From NCBI GenBank assembly GCA_032718475.1, contig JAUCBJ010000308.1, positions 1-33,911 of the forward strand: DNA of 33,911 nt. Direction: 5' to 3'. Both the position numbers and the translations under genes were made by a program. How positions within the stretch are numbered: the stretch's first letter is position 1; each line of letters opens with the position of its first letter. Shown piece after piece: positions 9,602 to 20,900 of this stretch. The stretch comes from Nemertoderma westbladi (lineage: Eukaryota > Animalia > Xenacoelomorpha). The notes below the pieces were generated by a model. It saw only the letters and a program-made list of their open reading frames with translations, made no database searches and was not told the origin of the DNA.

Positions 9602-11588
9602 GGGCAATTCCACCATTGATGTAACACTTATGTCGAAAATAAAAAGTCATCTAATCAGCATCATTTTGGTATCAAAATGACGAGAAAGAATTAAATTTTT
9701 AATAAAAGTGACGGATTCTTATTTTTTTTTAGGGTAACAACTGGTTATTCATTATTGAATATGAGAAATTTTTTTTACGTATTTTCAAATTTGCAGAAAT
9801 TATTACATGTAATTTTTGACATAATCTTACTACCATTGAAATTGTCTGATTAAGACAGGTAATTACACCAACCGAAAATTCAGCATTTATTAGAAGCTTA
9901 TTTATGATAAAAATTTGAATATTGACAGAATAGCATCGTGTATTCAATGTTTCAAAAATTTTAGATTTGGCCTACAGAATTATGTGAGTCCGTAACGAAA
10001 AGTACTTAAAGTTTTAATTTGGAGTACACCCCGCATGTATATTGCACTGATAATCATTTTCCTTTGGGTTTACAACCAATCAAAACCATCCATTAGGTAT
10101 CTATGGTCTATATTGCAGCTGAACTGTTTAAGAATAGCGTTACGGACTCACAAATTTTCCGTTACGGACTCACCACGCGGTAGGTTAGGTAAGAATCATT
10201 CTGCTTTGTATACATTATTCACTATATAAACTGAAAGTATTCAGCTCCTATTAGTCTGACAATTGTCCATCGACAGTAGATTCGAACGTATTCATTCATA
10301 CATCATCCTAATGTACGACATTCTTCATTGCGCCCGTTTAATCCTGTCTCTTACGTCTAATACTCACATTTCTGGGCCGAAAGGGCTTAACGGCATATAT
10401 CACGGATGACAGAAGTTACTGACCAAGATGGTATAGTATGATACACTCGAAGTTCGCCAATATTTCATGAAACGAGTGAGCGAATGATGGATTGAGATAC
10501 CAAACATATCGTCAGTTAGGCCAGGGATTACGCACAAAGTCTCAATAATAAAGTGTATATTTCCAGTGCGGTCCCCTCCTATATTCCCCAGAGGAAACTC
10601 CATTACTCATTTAGCTACAATTTACGGAAGGAAGAGATGCGCCCTGGCTAATAAGTCCCTTTATGGTCTTTAAAGTATTCGTGCCGAAACGAAAACTACC
10701 CTAGCCCTCATGATGGGATCGAACCCACGACCCAAGGAGAGATGTGATTTAAATGCCACCGATTTAACCAACTACGCCAAGGTGGAATAACTTAAGTACT
10801 GTGATAGTAGTGAAGGTAAAACATAAATACAGTACAATGAAATACTGTTCAAAATTTATTTTCCAGTATAAAAAATTTTTCGTGAACGCGGTATTTATGT
10901 TGTTAAAGAATTAGAAATTGGTCATTTTAACAAATTATGGTCATATGAACTTATAGGATATTAAATATACACTACCTACTATACACACACCAAATATGCC
11001 TACTCAAAATATGAACACTACTAAAGATATATCTAATAGTGATACTTAAGGTACATTGTGAAAGCGAAAGGTATATAAGCAATAAATATATTTATTGAAT
11101 AAATGCCATAAACAGTCATTGGTCGTTGCTCTTTTTTTTCTAAACAATATAACGAGTGCATAACGATTTCAAGTGTGAGTCCGTAACAATTTTTTCTGTG
11201 AGTCCGTAACGAACAATTTCTCTATAAATGAGGTTTACCACCATATGTTTCTGCTATTAACTTACAAATTTACAAAATTTGATGTATCTACCTTTCATTG
11301 TAAAAGTTATAACGTATGACGTTAAACATTTCAAGAGAATTTGTCAAAATAAAATGGAGTAATTTTTCTTTGTCCATTTGCATGTGAGTCCGTAACGGGC
11401 ACTATATTTACAATATCCTATGAATCAAATGAGATACAACTCTTTTTTATAAGTCAAAGTAAAGATGTACCATTAATCCATCAGCCACCATAGGTGAATG
11501 TTATTTATATTGTAAAGTTATTAATTAAATATGCCAATTAAATTCGAAAATTGCGTATGAATGTGAGTCCGTAACGATGGAATTGCCC
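9602..11588. mobile_element. Non-autonomous TIR transposon, Sola2-like, with a nested SINE
   Basis: Termini GGGCAATTCCA / TGGAATTGCCC; 4-bp TSD CTCT (9598-9601 / 11589-11592); motif GTGAGTCCGTAAC repeated about 7 times in both orientations. Confidence 0.78.
10370..10785 (-). mobile_element. tRNA-derived SINE (3' boundary uncertain)
   Basis: Minus strand has A box TGGCGTAGTTGG and B box GGTTCGATCCC within 10706-10785, followed by a GC-richer body inside the AT-rich host element; no TSD found. Confidence 0.65.
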
Positions 11589-12253
11589 CTCTCTGTTATC
11601 CATACTTAAAAACATACAGTAGTTAATAGTAAATTCGACACTGAAAATATTGCTACTACTGTAATTTCAACAGATTTCTAGGAAAAATAAATCGTTCTAA
11701 TTGTTCTATTCTTCACATGGTAATGTTGTCGGTTGTCTGCTGTCGGCAAGTCATGAGGTTCTAATCTAAGAAACTGGAGAATTTCGGACTTTTATTGCTA
11801 TTGTCCTACAAGATGTGTTAGTATTCAATTACCGAGGCCCAGTAGCATGTTGGCAGGAGCCCACAGGTTTCAGCTTTGTAAAGTGGCGCCTATAGCATTC
11901 TAGTGCGATATCCCCATTATAGCATTAAGTTAGTACAATTCCTCTAGGCAAATTCCGGCCCAAATAATCCTTATTTTTTATTTCGGTCCCGCCGGACTAT
12001 ATCCGCTCCGCGCAGGGACAGATTCCGCTGTTACACCTTGCAGGCTTGGTTGACAGACACCATCTGACACTCATCCTGCACTGCATTATTAATTTGTTGT
12101 AGACAGTCAGATTCAGATATAGGGCTTAGTTTGTAGTTTTGTTCTGTAATATTGTATGCTGTACTGACTGACTGACGGACGTGACAGTGCTACTGCTGTA
12201 CTGAACGGATTTAGTTTTTGGCCTAGGCCCTACAGCCCTGCACCCTGTAGAGA

Positions 12254-12862
12254 ATGGCTAAAGTACAGATGTGTAACGTGGAGGTGGGGAATAACCCAGC
12301 AAAGTTCACGGATAGTTTCCAGTTCGACATCTACTTCGAGTGCATCGAAGACCTTCAGGAGGACCTCGAATGGAAGGTTGTCTATGTGGGGTCGTCTGAG
12401 AGTGAGGACCAAGACCAGGTGCTGGACTGTATATGCGTCGGCCCGATTACGGCTGGCCGTCACAAGTTTACCTTCACCGCCGATCCTCCGGATCCATCCA
12501 AGATCCCGGAGTCCGAGCTGCGAGGGGTCACCGTCATCTTTATTTCCTGTTCCTTCAGGGAGCAGGAGTTCGAGCGAGTCGGCTACTTCCTGAACAACGA
12601 CTACCCGGACGCTGAGACCCGTGAGTCGCCTCCCGAACGCACGGAAGTGGCCGCGTTGCATCGGCACATACTGGCGAGCGACCCGCGGGTAACCCGGTTC
12701 GATATCAACTGGGGCGACGTAGTCCCGTCTGCGTTGCCCGGGGATCCCGCAGTGGACGCTGAGAGTTGCAGTATGGACCACTCTGACCCCGTCTTACCCT
12801 ACCAGTCTGCTAAGCCAGGCGCCTTCGCGCTCTCAACCGACTCGGTAGATTTTATGCAATAA
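12254..12862 (+). CDS. ASF1: Histone H3-H4 chaperone ASF1 (anti-silencing function 1), single coding exon, 202 aa
   Basis: MAKV start, FQFDIYFECIEDL.EDLEWK..YVGS.ES...DQVLD, VGP, GVTV, QEF.RVGY and PRVTRF.INW are the diagnostic ASF1 motifs; uninterrupted ORF; AATAAA overlaps the stop (12858-12863) and recurs at ~13123. Confidence 0.97.
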   Translation: MAKVQMCNVEVGNNPAKFTDSFQFDIYFECIEDLQEDLEWKVVYVGSSESEDQDQVLDCICVGPITAGRHKFTFTADPPDPSKIPESELRGVTVIFISCSFREQEFERVGYFLNNDYPDAETRESPPERTEVAALHRHILASDPRVTRFDINWGDVVPSALPGDPAVDAESCSMDHSDPVLPYQSAKPGAFALSTDSVDFMQ

Positions 12863-13521
12863 AATTTTCAATTATTTTGGAACCTTTTTCATATTTATCA
12901 TTAGTTGTCGTTTTAAACCCATGCTTTTTGTTCTAAATAATAGTATATCGTTTATTTCTTTATTAATAATGTGAAACTCCGTATAAATGTACATAGATAA
13001 GTAAGCCGTTGTTAAGTATTGGTATTGTTTGTACACCGTATTTGTGAATTTTCGGCTTTCTATAAAAGTTATTTGATAAATTGGGCTATTGAAACAACCA
13101 CTGACAATATTCTCTTTAGATTAATAAAGCTCACTCAGTTGCGACTGCGAGTGTCAAATATTCTTGATATTATTCGCTTTATATTATTGTAAGTAATTCC
13201 CACAGACAGACACTTCAGGTCTGAAATTTTAGTAATAATTTATCATTATCAGTTGAGGAGAAATTAAATCTCTGCTCAGATAATCAATACAGCAATATCG
13301 TGCGCTGATTGTTTGTGAGTCTGTTGTTTACCTTGCTTTTTTTAAAATATAAATCCTACATTAATAAATTTATTTATTATGAACGACGTGGGTTTTTTGT
13401 GATGTGGATTTGGATTGAATTCAGCTGACAAATATTATACGAAGTAATTATTAGAATTAATCTAATATTAAACAACCAACGACGTATAAGTTTCCTTACC
13501 GCTGTAACTTAAACCGTATTT

Positions 13522-13594
13522 AACTCTGGGATCGGGATTCGAACTAGGGGACCTCTTACAAACCGTGTGATAGCTCAACCTCGGAGATACCCCA
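13522..13594 (-). pseudogene. Degenerate tRNA-like / SINE head
   Basis: Minus strand GGGGTATCTCCGAGGTTGAGCTATCACACGGTTTGTAAGAGGTCCCCTAGTTCGAATCCC contains a B box and aligns with the plus-strand head at 13925. Confidence 0.55.
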
Positions 13595-13898
13595 GTGATA
13601 GCTCAACCTCGGAGATACCCCAGTGATAGCTCAACCTCGGAGATACCCCAGTGATAGCTCAACCTCGGAGATACCCCAGTGATAGCTCAACCTCGGAGAT
13701 ACCCCAGTGATAGCTTAACCTCGGAGATACCCCAGTGATAGCTCAACCTCGGAGATACCCCAGTGATAGCTCAACCTCGGAGATACCCCAGTGATAGCTT
13801 AACCTCGGAGATACCCCAGTGATAGCTCAACCTCGGAGATACCCCAGTGATAGCTCAACCTCGGAGATACCCCAGTGATAGCTCAACCTCGGAGATAC
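13567..13898. repeat. 28-bp minisatellite, ~11.9 near-perfect copies
   Basis: Unit GTGATAGCTCAACCTCGGAGATACCCCA; only a C>T variant (GCTTAACC) in two copies; no spacers. Confidence 0.97.
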
Positions 13899-13924
13899 AG
13901 ATATAGATATAGTTCAGTAAGTAA

Positions 13925-13997
13925 GGGGCTCAGTGGTAGAGTTCTCACACGGTCGCGAGAGGACCCAAGTTCGAATTCAGTCCCAGCGTTGATTTTT
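13925..13997 (+). pseudogene. Degenerate tRNA-like / SINE head (tRNA-Pro-like central region)
   Basis: GGGGCTCAGTGGTAGAG A-box/D-arm, TTCTCACACGGTCGCGAGAGGACCC, B-box-like AGTTCGAATTC, then TTTTT; acceptor stem not intact. Confidence 0.55.
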
Positions 13998-14904
13998 CAA
14001 CAAGTTTATATCCGTTTGGTTCTGTTTGAACCTTATCAGCGGGTCTCCTCCGTCTTCCTCATCGATAACCTTATTAAACTTTTTATAAACAAAAATTATT
14101 TTCGCACACCAACCCTATTGGTATTTATATTGGTGATGCGAACTGTTGATGTAATGCGTTTCTGTCGTAATGCTTCTTAGTGGTGTGGATGGGCCGAATT
14201 ATGTGTTATGTCTGTTGCAGCGATGGTTTGTTTGTTTAGCGTATGTGGTTTTGTTCCAAAATTGGAATTAGAACTACGAGATCACATTTTTTTGATACAA
14301 AAAAATCATGTTTATATTTGAATGTATGAATGGTTTGAATTATTAATTTCAAAAAATTTCGTAAATATAATATAAATTTGTATCTTCAAATAACAACAAA
14401 TATCCGGCTTAAATATAACTTATAAAACAGTCCTCGTATGATTTGGCTTCGAACAAACCTCAGGCTGGATCAAAACATTGATCCCGAGATATTCCAGAAA
14501 TATGGTAGATGTATATAAATAAAAGTCATTATATACAGTATATTATATTTTATATTTATTGCCATACTTATACACAAATGTATATAAGGCAGTTTAAGGA
14601 CAAGCTTATTGAACTGATAATAAAATAACTGACCTCTTAAGGTAAACTAGCACAGTACTGGTATATCATAAAATGGAAATGCAATACAACATAACAACAC
14701 AAAATGGTTATCCAATAATATTATGAGTAAGAATATATTTATATATTAATATCAGTTCTGTATTTAGATTACTAGAAAATTGTGTAGGGTAAATACTAAA
14801 TATAATAGTAGTGATTAGGCACCTATGAATTGTAAACAACATCCAATATTTAACACATTATATTTATACCATGCTTTCCTGTTACATTTTTGTATATTTA
14901 TTTA

Positions 14905-15065
14905 TTTCCCCGACTTTTGCATATTCGTTCGAACGACTTTACAAAACTCGGAGAAACAAATCGAATTGGTTGGAATGGTTTCTATATCAACAAACATCCA
15001 ATCAAGTTTTTCCCCGACTTTTGCAAACACGTTCGAACGACTTTTTTCAAAACTCAGGAAAATAA
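14905..15065. repeat. Two diverged copies of a TIR-like module, also present inverted at ~24260-24331
   Basis: TTTCCCCGACTTTTGCA....GTTCGAACGACTTT..AAAACTC at ~14905 and ~15010; the reverse-complement copy ends ...AAAAGTCGGGGAAACTA. Confidence 0.6.
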
Positions 15066-15260
15066 AGTTTTTTTTGTCCCCCCTCCAAATATTCTTATCA
15101 CACTGTTCGTTCATATTGATGGATATGATAGTTCGAGCTCTACTGGTTTCCAATTCATGGGGGAACAGACGGGTTCTCCAGGGAAGTACTCTTGTTAAAT
15201 GTCTTGCCCAGTATCAACGATCCAAAAAATTGTCGTTGGTGGTTATTTTAATGTTCTTAA

Positions 15261-15430
15261 CCCTATTAGTACCGGGCTATAAAATGTACAAATACCGGGA
15301 GGGTCACATTGTCCACCCCCCCCCCCCCCCCCCCCTAAAATCTTCAAATTTTAACAAAAAAGGTCAGATTTTTTTTTTTTGTATCTTTGTTTGTCTGAAT
15401 CCGTCCGAAAAAAATTTTCGAAAAAATGTT
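15261..15430. mobile_element. Solo left end of a piggyBac-like MITE
   Basis: TTAA|CCCTATTAGTACCGGG followed by a poly-C tract; no matching right end seen, so the extent is unknown. Confidence 0.4.
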
Positions 15431-16889
15431 CTGGGGTGTTAATTTTACCAAAAGTGGGTAGTGAATAATTTTCGGCTAATTATTGTTTTTCAATGCATGT
15501 TTTCTGGTGCGCAAAATCCATTGGGAAATATTTAAAAATGAACTGATTACTATAAATGGCTGTTTTAGTCCTCTACGTAGGCAAAAAATGAAAAAACAAG
15601 TAAACAGCACTTTTCAGTTTGAACACAAAATTTTTATTTCACCTATGCGATGCTACAGTATAAATTCACATTATCAGGTTTTCTGGGTGATGATTCTAAT
15701 GGAACACATTTCTAATTTGCCAGATCATTGCTACTTGCATTTTTCGGCGTAATATGGCAAAGTTTGGTGCTAGCACCAAATTTGGCACCCATCACCAAAA
15801 AGTACAAGTAAGAGATGTCCAGTGCTGTTTTATTGATTTCATCGGATTCAGGACCCTCATAAACCCGTATAACACAAGAAACAAGATGATACTAGGCTAT
15901 CTATTGATCAATTTGCTTATTCTCAAAAATTTGGTGCTGGCACAATAATTTTCTCCCACCGGCGAAAAATACAAGTTTGAAAACCCTTTTTTACTTTTTT
16001 AGTATTTTATTTTAGTATTATTTTAGTTTTAGCAATTTTTACTTATTCCATTGAATTCAGAACTGCCATAAACCTTTAAAACGCGAGAATTAAGTTGTCA
16101 CAAGTCAAATGTCATCATTTGTAAAATGTTATACAGTATTGCATCAAAAATATAGGAGGTGGACTAAACCTACATATATCATCTGGTAGAGGGATAAAAA
16201 CTGTAGGCTATTTTATTAAACGAAAAATTCACAAATTTCGCCGCTAGGGGCGTTAGATTATTTAAGATTATTTTTTGATATCTGCCTGTGGTCGATGTCC
16301 ACATGCACATTAAAAGTCATTTTTATGCATTGTAGGTGTTTTAAGTACCATAAATGTCGAAAGTTGCGTCTCTGTGGGGCCTTTCAAACAAAAAAAATGT
16401 TGAATCTCGCCAAGAAATGGCTGAACAAAACCGTTTTTAGTCCAAAATTATGAAGTAGAGTAAAACGCAATTAAACTTCCTGTATCCGTTTCTGTATTTA
16501 TATCTGTCTGTCTGTCAAATTTATGTCCCCAAATAAGGAAGTAAGGAAGTGTCGGTCTGTCTGTCTGTATCGTACATACAAACGGGGGGGGGGGGGGGGG
16601 GGGGGTAGTACCCCCTTAAGTAGAGTTGATTCCTGAACCTAAAATGTTATTATTAAACGCCTCCACGCGGAACTGTGTTCGAGTTGTAACGATTCACGGC
16701 GAAGTAACTAACTACAGGAAGTTCGGTGTATACTACTACTGTAGAATTGAGCAATTCTGGCGCGATTTGCGATCTAATGTTTGTTCAGTTTCTGATAGAC
16801 CTTTTCCAAAATATGGTTTACATGTGTACTATGCTGCTTATATTATTAATAAATTTCTCAATTAATATTGTGTATATGCTATGTATTAT

Positions 16890-17531
16890 GTATGCTTGAT
16901 CATGTGGACGACTTCTGTTACCAGGGATCATGGATCCGGAAGTCAGGTGAGGACCTTCGAAACGTAAGGGAAAGGCATGGGCAGCCTTGAATAGGCTTTC
17001 CAGGATTTGGAAGTCACCGAGAATTAATCGGAAACTTAAGGTCCGATTATTTAGAGCAGCAGTAGTTCCAGTACTCCTCTACGGGAGTCCATGCTGGGCT
17101 CTAACTGCTGAGGACACCAAATCTCTGGATGGGACATTCACAAGAATGCTACGCCGGGTTCATTGTTTCAAGTACAATGCACACATCTCCAACCAGACAC
17201 TATATAACATTGGAGGTGTCTCATTGGTTCCCCCAAGCTTGACACTAGAACAAAATCGCCTCCGCTTTGCAGGACATTGCTTTCGCCGTGAGGACCAGCC
17301 AGTGCATAATCTTGTACTTTTGCAGCCTCATGGGGTGAATAAGCATGGTGGACAGCCCATGACTTTCTTGAGACGAATCTTAAAGGACACTGGCCTTGAA
17401 GATGCGGATGATCTAGCAAATGTCATGGGTGATAGGGAGTTGTGGCGGTGCAATTTTGTTGACAAGCCGGCACAGCATTCTTAAAAATGCAGCTGCAATG
17501 CAGCATGCCGATCCTAGTAGTAGTAGTAGTA
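16890..17531 (+). mobile_element. Second 5'-truncated RTE copy (same family as 7155-8292)
   Basis: Near-identical to ~7653-8292; ORF 16987-17484 retains the C-terminus (KLKVRLFRAAVVPVLLYG...MGDRELWR); (TAG)n tail. Confidence 0.9.
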
Positions 17532-17545
17532 TTTTGGTGTACGAA

Positions 17546-17745
17546 TACAACAACAACAATAATAATAATATATTCAATCCAATCTAATTCCAAATAGGGG
17601 CCAAGATTTGCTCCCAGTTATTTAACTGGTAGGCCTACTGATTCTATCGACCCCAGTGGATGAAAGGCTGGGTGGAGCCTGGCGGGGGTGAACCTACAAC
17701 CACAAGATTGCACGCCCGGCGCTCAGCCACCTGAGCTACCTCGCC
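17546..17745 (-). mobile_element. tRNA-derived SINE with Nin-type domain (different family from 6516)
   Basis: Minus strand: GGCGAGGTAGCTCAGGTGGCTGAGC head, degenerate B box GGTTCACCCCC, CAGCCTTTCATCCACTGGGGTCGATAGAAT core, (TTA)n(TTG)n tail. Confidence 0.8.
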
Positions 17746-17998
17746 TTTAAATTTGGTAAAAAATTACTATTCTGTATGATTAACTATTTATCATTCCGAA
17801 CGGGAATTCATATCGCAAACAATGTAAACTGTAAATATGTTAGTTCTTACAATAGTTGGTGCCTTTCACATAATATAAATTTTAATTATTCCATTTCTAA
17901 TATTCAATGATAATTTTCATTTGTTTAATTTGCATTAACCATCACATAGTAAATTTAGAGTTACTGTTTTCATTGCAGTTTTTTCGCTCTTTTAAGCC

Positions 17999-20900
17999 CA
18001 CGCCAGCCAACCGTCAAGCCGGTTGACAGACCTTGTGTGGTCACTAGTTAGATCACACCGGGTGACGTCATACTGCTATGTGTAAGACCGGTCCCCCGGT
18101 GAGCAGCATCAGACTATCTGATTACCTGGCTCTGCACACTTGCGGAGCTGTATCACCCTTACCCTGACTGCTAGATAGCAGACCTGCTCTGTTACTGTGA
18201 TACTGATACGTTGTATGATAGTATGGTTACTGTAGCCATTTTACCCATATCATATGTAACTTTATTACCCAGTATCACTAATCATTGATATATTAATATA
18301 CCAGTTACCTACATGTCCGCGACACTTGTTCTTTTTACCCTCTGGCGTGGTGGCAACGTTTCGGAGTTCGATTCTCACTCCTCAGCCTGTCAGCAGCAAG
18401 TCAGAGTCGCTACACGTTCTCTTCACCAGGCGACCTGGGGTCAGAGCTCCCTCTGTCGTCTTCCTGCTATCCAGTCAGCCATTACCCCGGTACCTACTGG
18501 CGACCCACCCACCAGTTAGGCTACTACTTACCTAACCGGTACTGCGGACTCACTCAGTACCCAACCCGATCCACCATTCACCATGGCGAATCAACACCTA
18601 AAGGCTCCACGTTTAGTTAAACTCACTACTCAGGAATCCATCACGTCATTCGAGTCCTGGCGCCAGACGTTGATTTATAGTCTGTCCCTCGACCCAGAGT
18701 TCGCGCAGTTTACCGCCGCTGGTGCAGTATGGGAGAAGGCTTCTCCTGCGAGTCCGACCCGGGGTCTCGTCGACGACGCCGCCGGTGTTCCGGACGCCCA
18801 ACGACATACCGCGCAGCAACAACTCGTCTCCCTCGAGTTCATGCTGGGCCAAATCGCCAACTATGCGCAGGTCATTGCACGTCACACCATCGTACTAAAG
18901 TCAACATCTCTTTCATACGTCTGCCAGGCCCTCCGATTACATTACGGTTTTCAACGGACAGGCTCCCACTTCCTAGATCTCTCCTCCATCCACCTCGAAC
19001 ACAAGGAACGCCATGAAGACCTTTTCCAACGTCTCGCAGCGTTTTTTGATGACAACCTCCTCTCACCCCTCGGGGGCATTACCCACCACGGCGAGCTTCC
19101 CGCCGCCGCCGAGGAGATCTCTCCCACGGTGGAGAACTTCCTCGTGTTGACTTGGCTACGTCTCATCCACGAGGACTACCGGCGTTGGTTAAGCAACGAT
19201 ATGGCTGCGATCTTCGTTCCCGCACCTTGGCTTCCGTCAAAGCCGAGATCAGCCAGGCTATGCCGTCCCTCTTGGAGGAGCTCTGCGTGTCAGCCGACGT
19301 GCGCACGTTCCGCTCCCAGACGACGGAGCTCGCCCCGCGCCATCCGAACCGCGTGCGCCAGCTGGACCGCCGTAGTTTACAGAACCGCACACGACCTGCC
19401 CAGATTTGCCCCCTGTGCAAGCAGGCGCAACGCAAGGACTTCGACCACTTCCTCAGTACCTGCCCGTTCCTCCCCGATCAGGATAAACAGTTCCTCGTCC
19501 GGACTCGCGCCGTCGATATCGGCGATTCCGCCAGTTCCAACGACGAGTTCGAGCCCCCCGATGATCCCCCAATGAGTTACAACCAACCACCAGTGGCCCG
19601 CCGAGTCGCTGTGATGCGTTCCCCCGTCTTAGAAGCCGATTATCAGTCCCGTCCACTTCGATTGCTACTCGACAGTGGCGCAGAATCCGATCTCATCCGG
19701 GAGGCATTCGCCCGCCAGCTGGGCGTCCATATCTCCCCGAGTAGTTGCCAGGTTCCCGAACAGGCCGATGGACAGTCTAAGATGAAAGTTACCGGCGAAA
19801 TGCGTTTTGTCATCCACCGTGGCTCGATCCCCTTCGAGTTTAACGGTCTCGTCGTCCCGGAGCTCGGATGTCCCATCATGTGTGGAATGCCGTTCCTATA
19901 CCGCAATGATATAACGCTACGTCCCGCCCATATGACGATTACCCTGCCGGACGGCACCACAATACCCTTCGGAGGCCAGCACTCAACCTCCACGCGCCCG
20001 CGACGACCCGAGTCCACACTGATACGTGCATCTACCCGGTCCGTCGTGGTCTGGCCAGACGCGGATCTCACCCTACCGGTAGCGAGTTCCATGCCCCTCT
20101 TACTGGCACCCCACCACCCATCTACGTCTCCGAATGAGCCCTGGTTCCAACCGTTCCTTGCCGACGTGTGCGACGGTTCCGTCGCCATCCGCAATGTCAC
20201 CCAGATCCCCATCAGGATCAAACGGAACTCTCACGTTTGCTTGGCAACACCCATCCAACCGGCGGCAATATCGACCGCTTCCGTTGACACAGTCCCACTG
20301 CCTACACCGCGCTCTACCCGTCGCCCCAACCCCAGTTCCGTCGATGGTGTACGCTTAAACCCCGACAACATCCTCACCAGCGCTGAACGCTGCCAGTTTT
20401 CCGACGTCCTCGCCGCGCACTCCACGGTATTCGAAGCCGAGTACCCCGGATACAACGGCGCCGCGGGCCCCTATGAAGCCGTTGTCAAAATGGGACCAAC
20501 TCTACCCCCTCAACAGAAAGGACGCGTACCCCAATACGGCCGCAACCGCCTCGTCGAGTTGCAGGACCGGTTCGACGAACTCGAACAATGCGGTGTCTTC
20601 GCTACACCCGAACACGCAGGGGTACATGTGGAGTACACAGGGATGTCCCTCCTTCCTCGTCGCCAAACCCAACGGAGGAACTCGTCTCGTTACAGCCTTT
20701 AACGAAATCGCCCGGTATGCTAAACCCCAGCCATCACTCCTCCCTAGTGTCGAGTCTACCCTGCGCGAAATCGGTTCCTATAAGTTCCTCATCAAAACCG
20801 ATTTAACGAGTGCGTTCTACCAGATCCCCATTAGTCGCAACTCCATGAAGTTCTGCGGCGTTGTTACACCATTCCGTGGCGTGCGAGTCTATACCCGTTG

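Noticed and set aside
10455-10525. Possible second hammerhead on the minus strand (CTGACGA...GAAA)
   Set aside because: Helices I and II pair poorly and there is no convincing helix III or cleavage triplet. Other CTGANGA hits (~2001, 7473, 8174, 9538, 22440, 23912, 31983) also lack the fold.
12230-12781. 183-aa antisense ORF over ASF1
   Set aside because: Shadow ORF of a GC-rich coding sequence.
13567-13898. CRISPR-like array (28-bp repeats)
   Set aside because: The repeats are directly adjacent with no spacers, there are no cas genes, and the context is eukaryotic.
14825-15948. Cluster of short ORFs, including a 205-aa one
   Set aside because: They cross repeat boundaries and homopolymers, are compositionally biased and have no recognisable domain.
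16480-16605. (GTCT)n-containing fragments (also ~13200 and ~26990-27060), possibly DINE/Helentron-derived
   Set aside because: Too degenerate to define boundaries or family.
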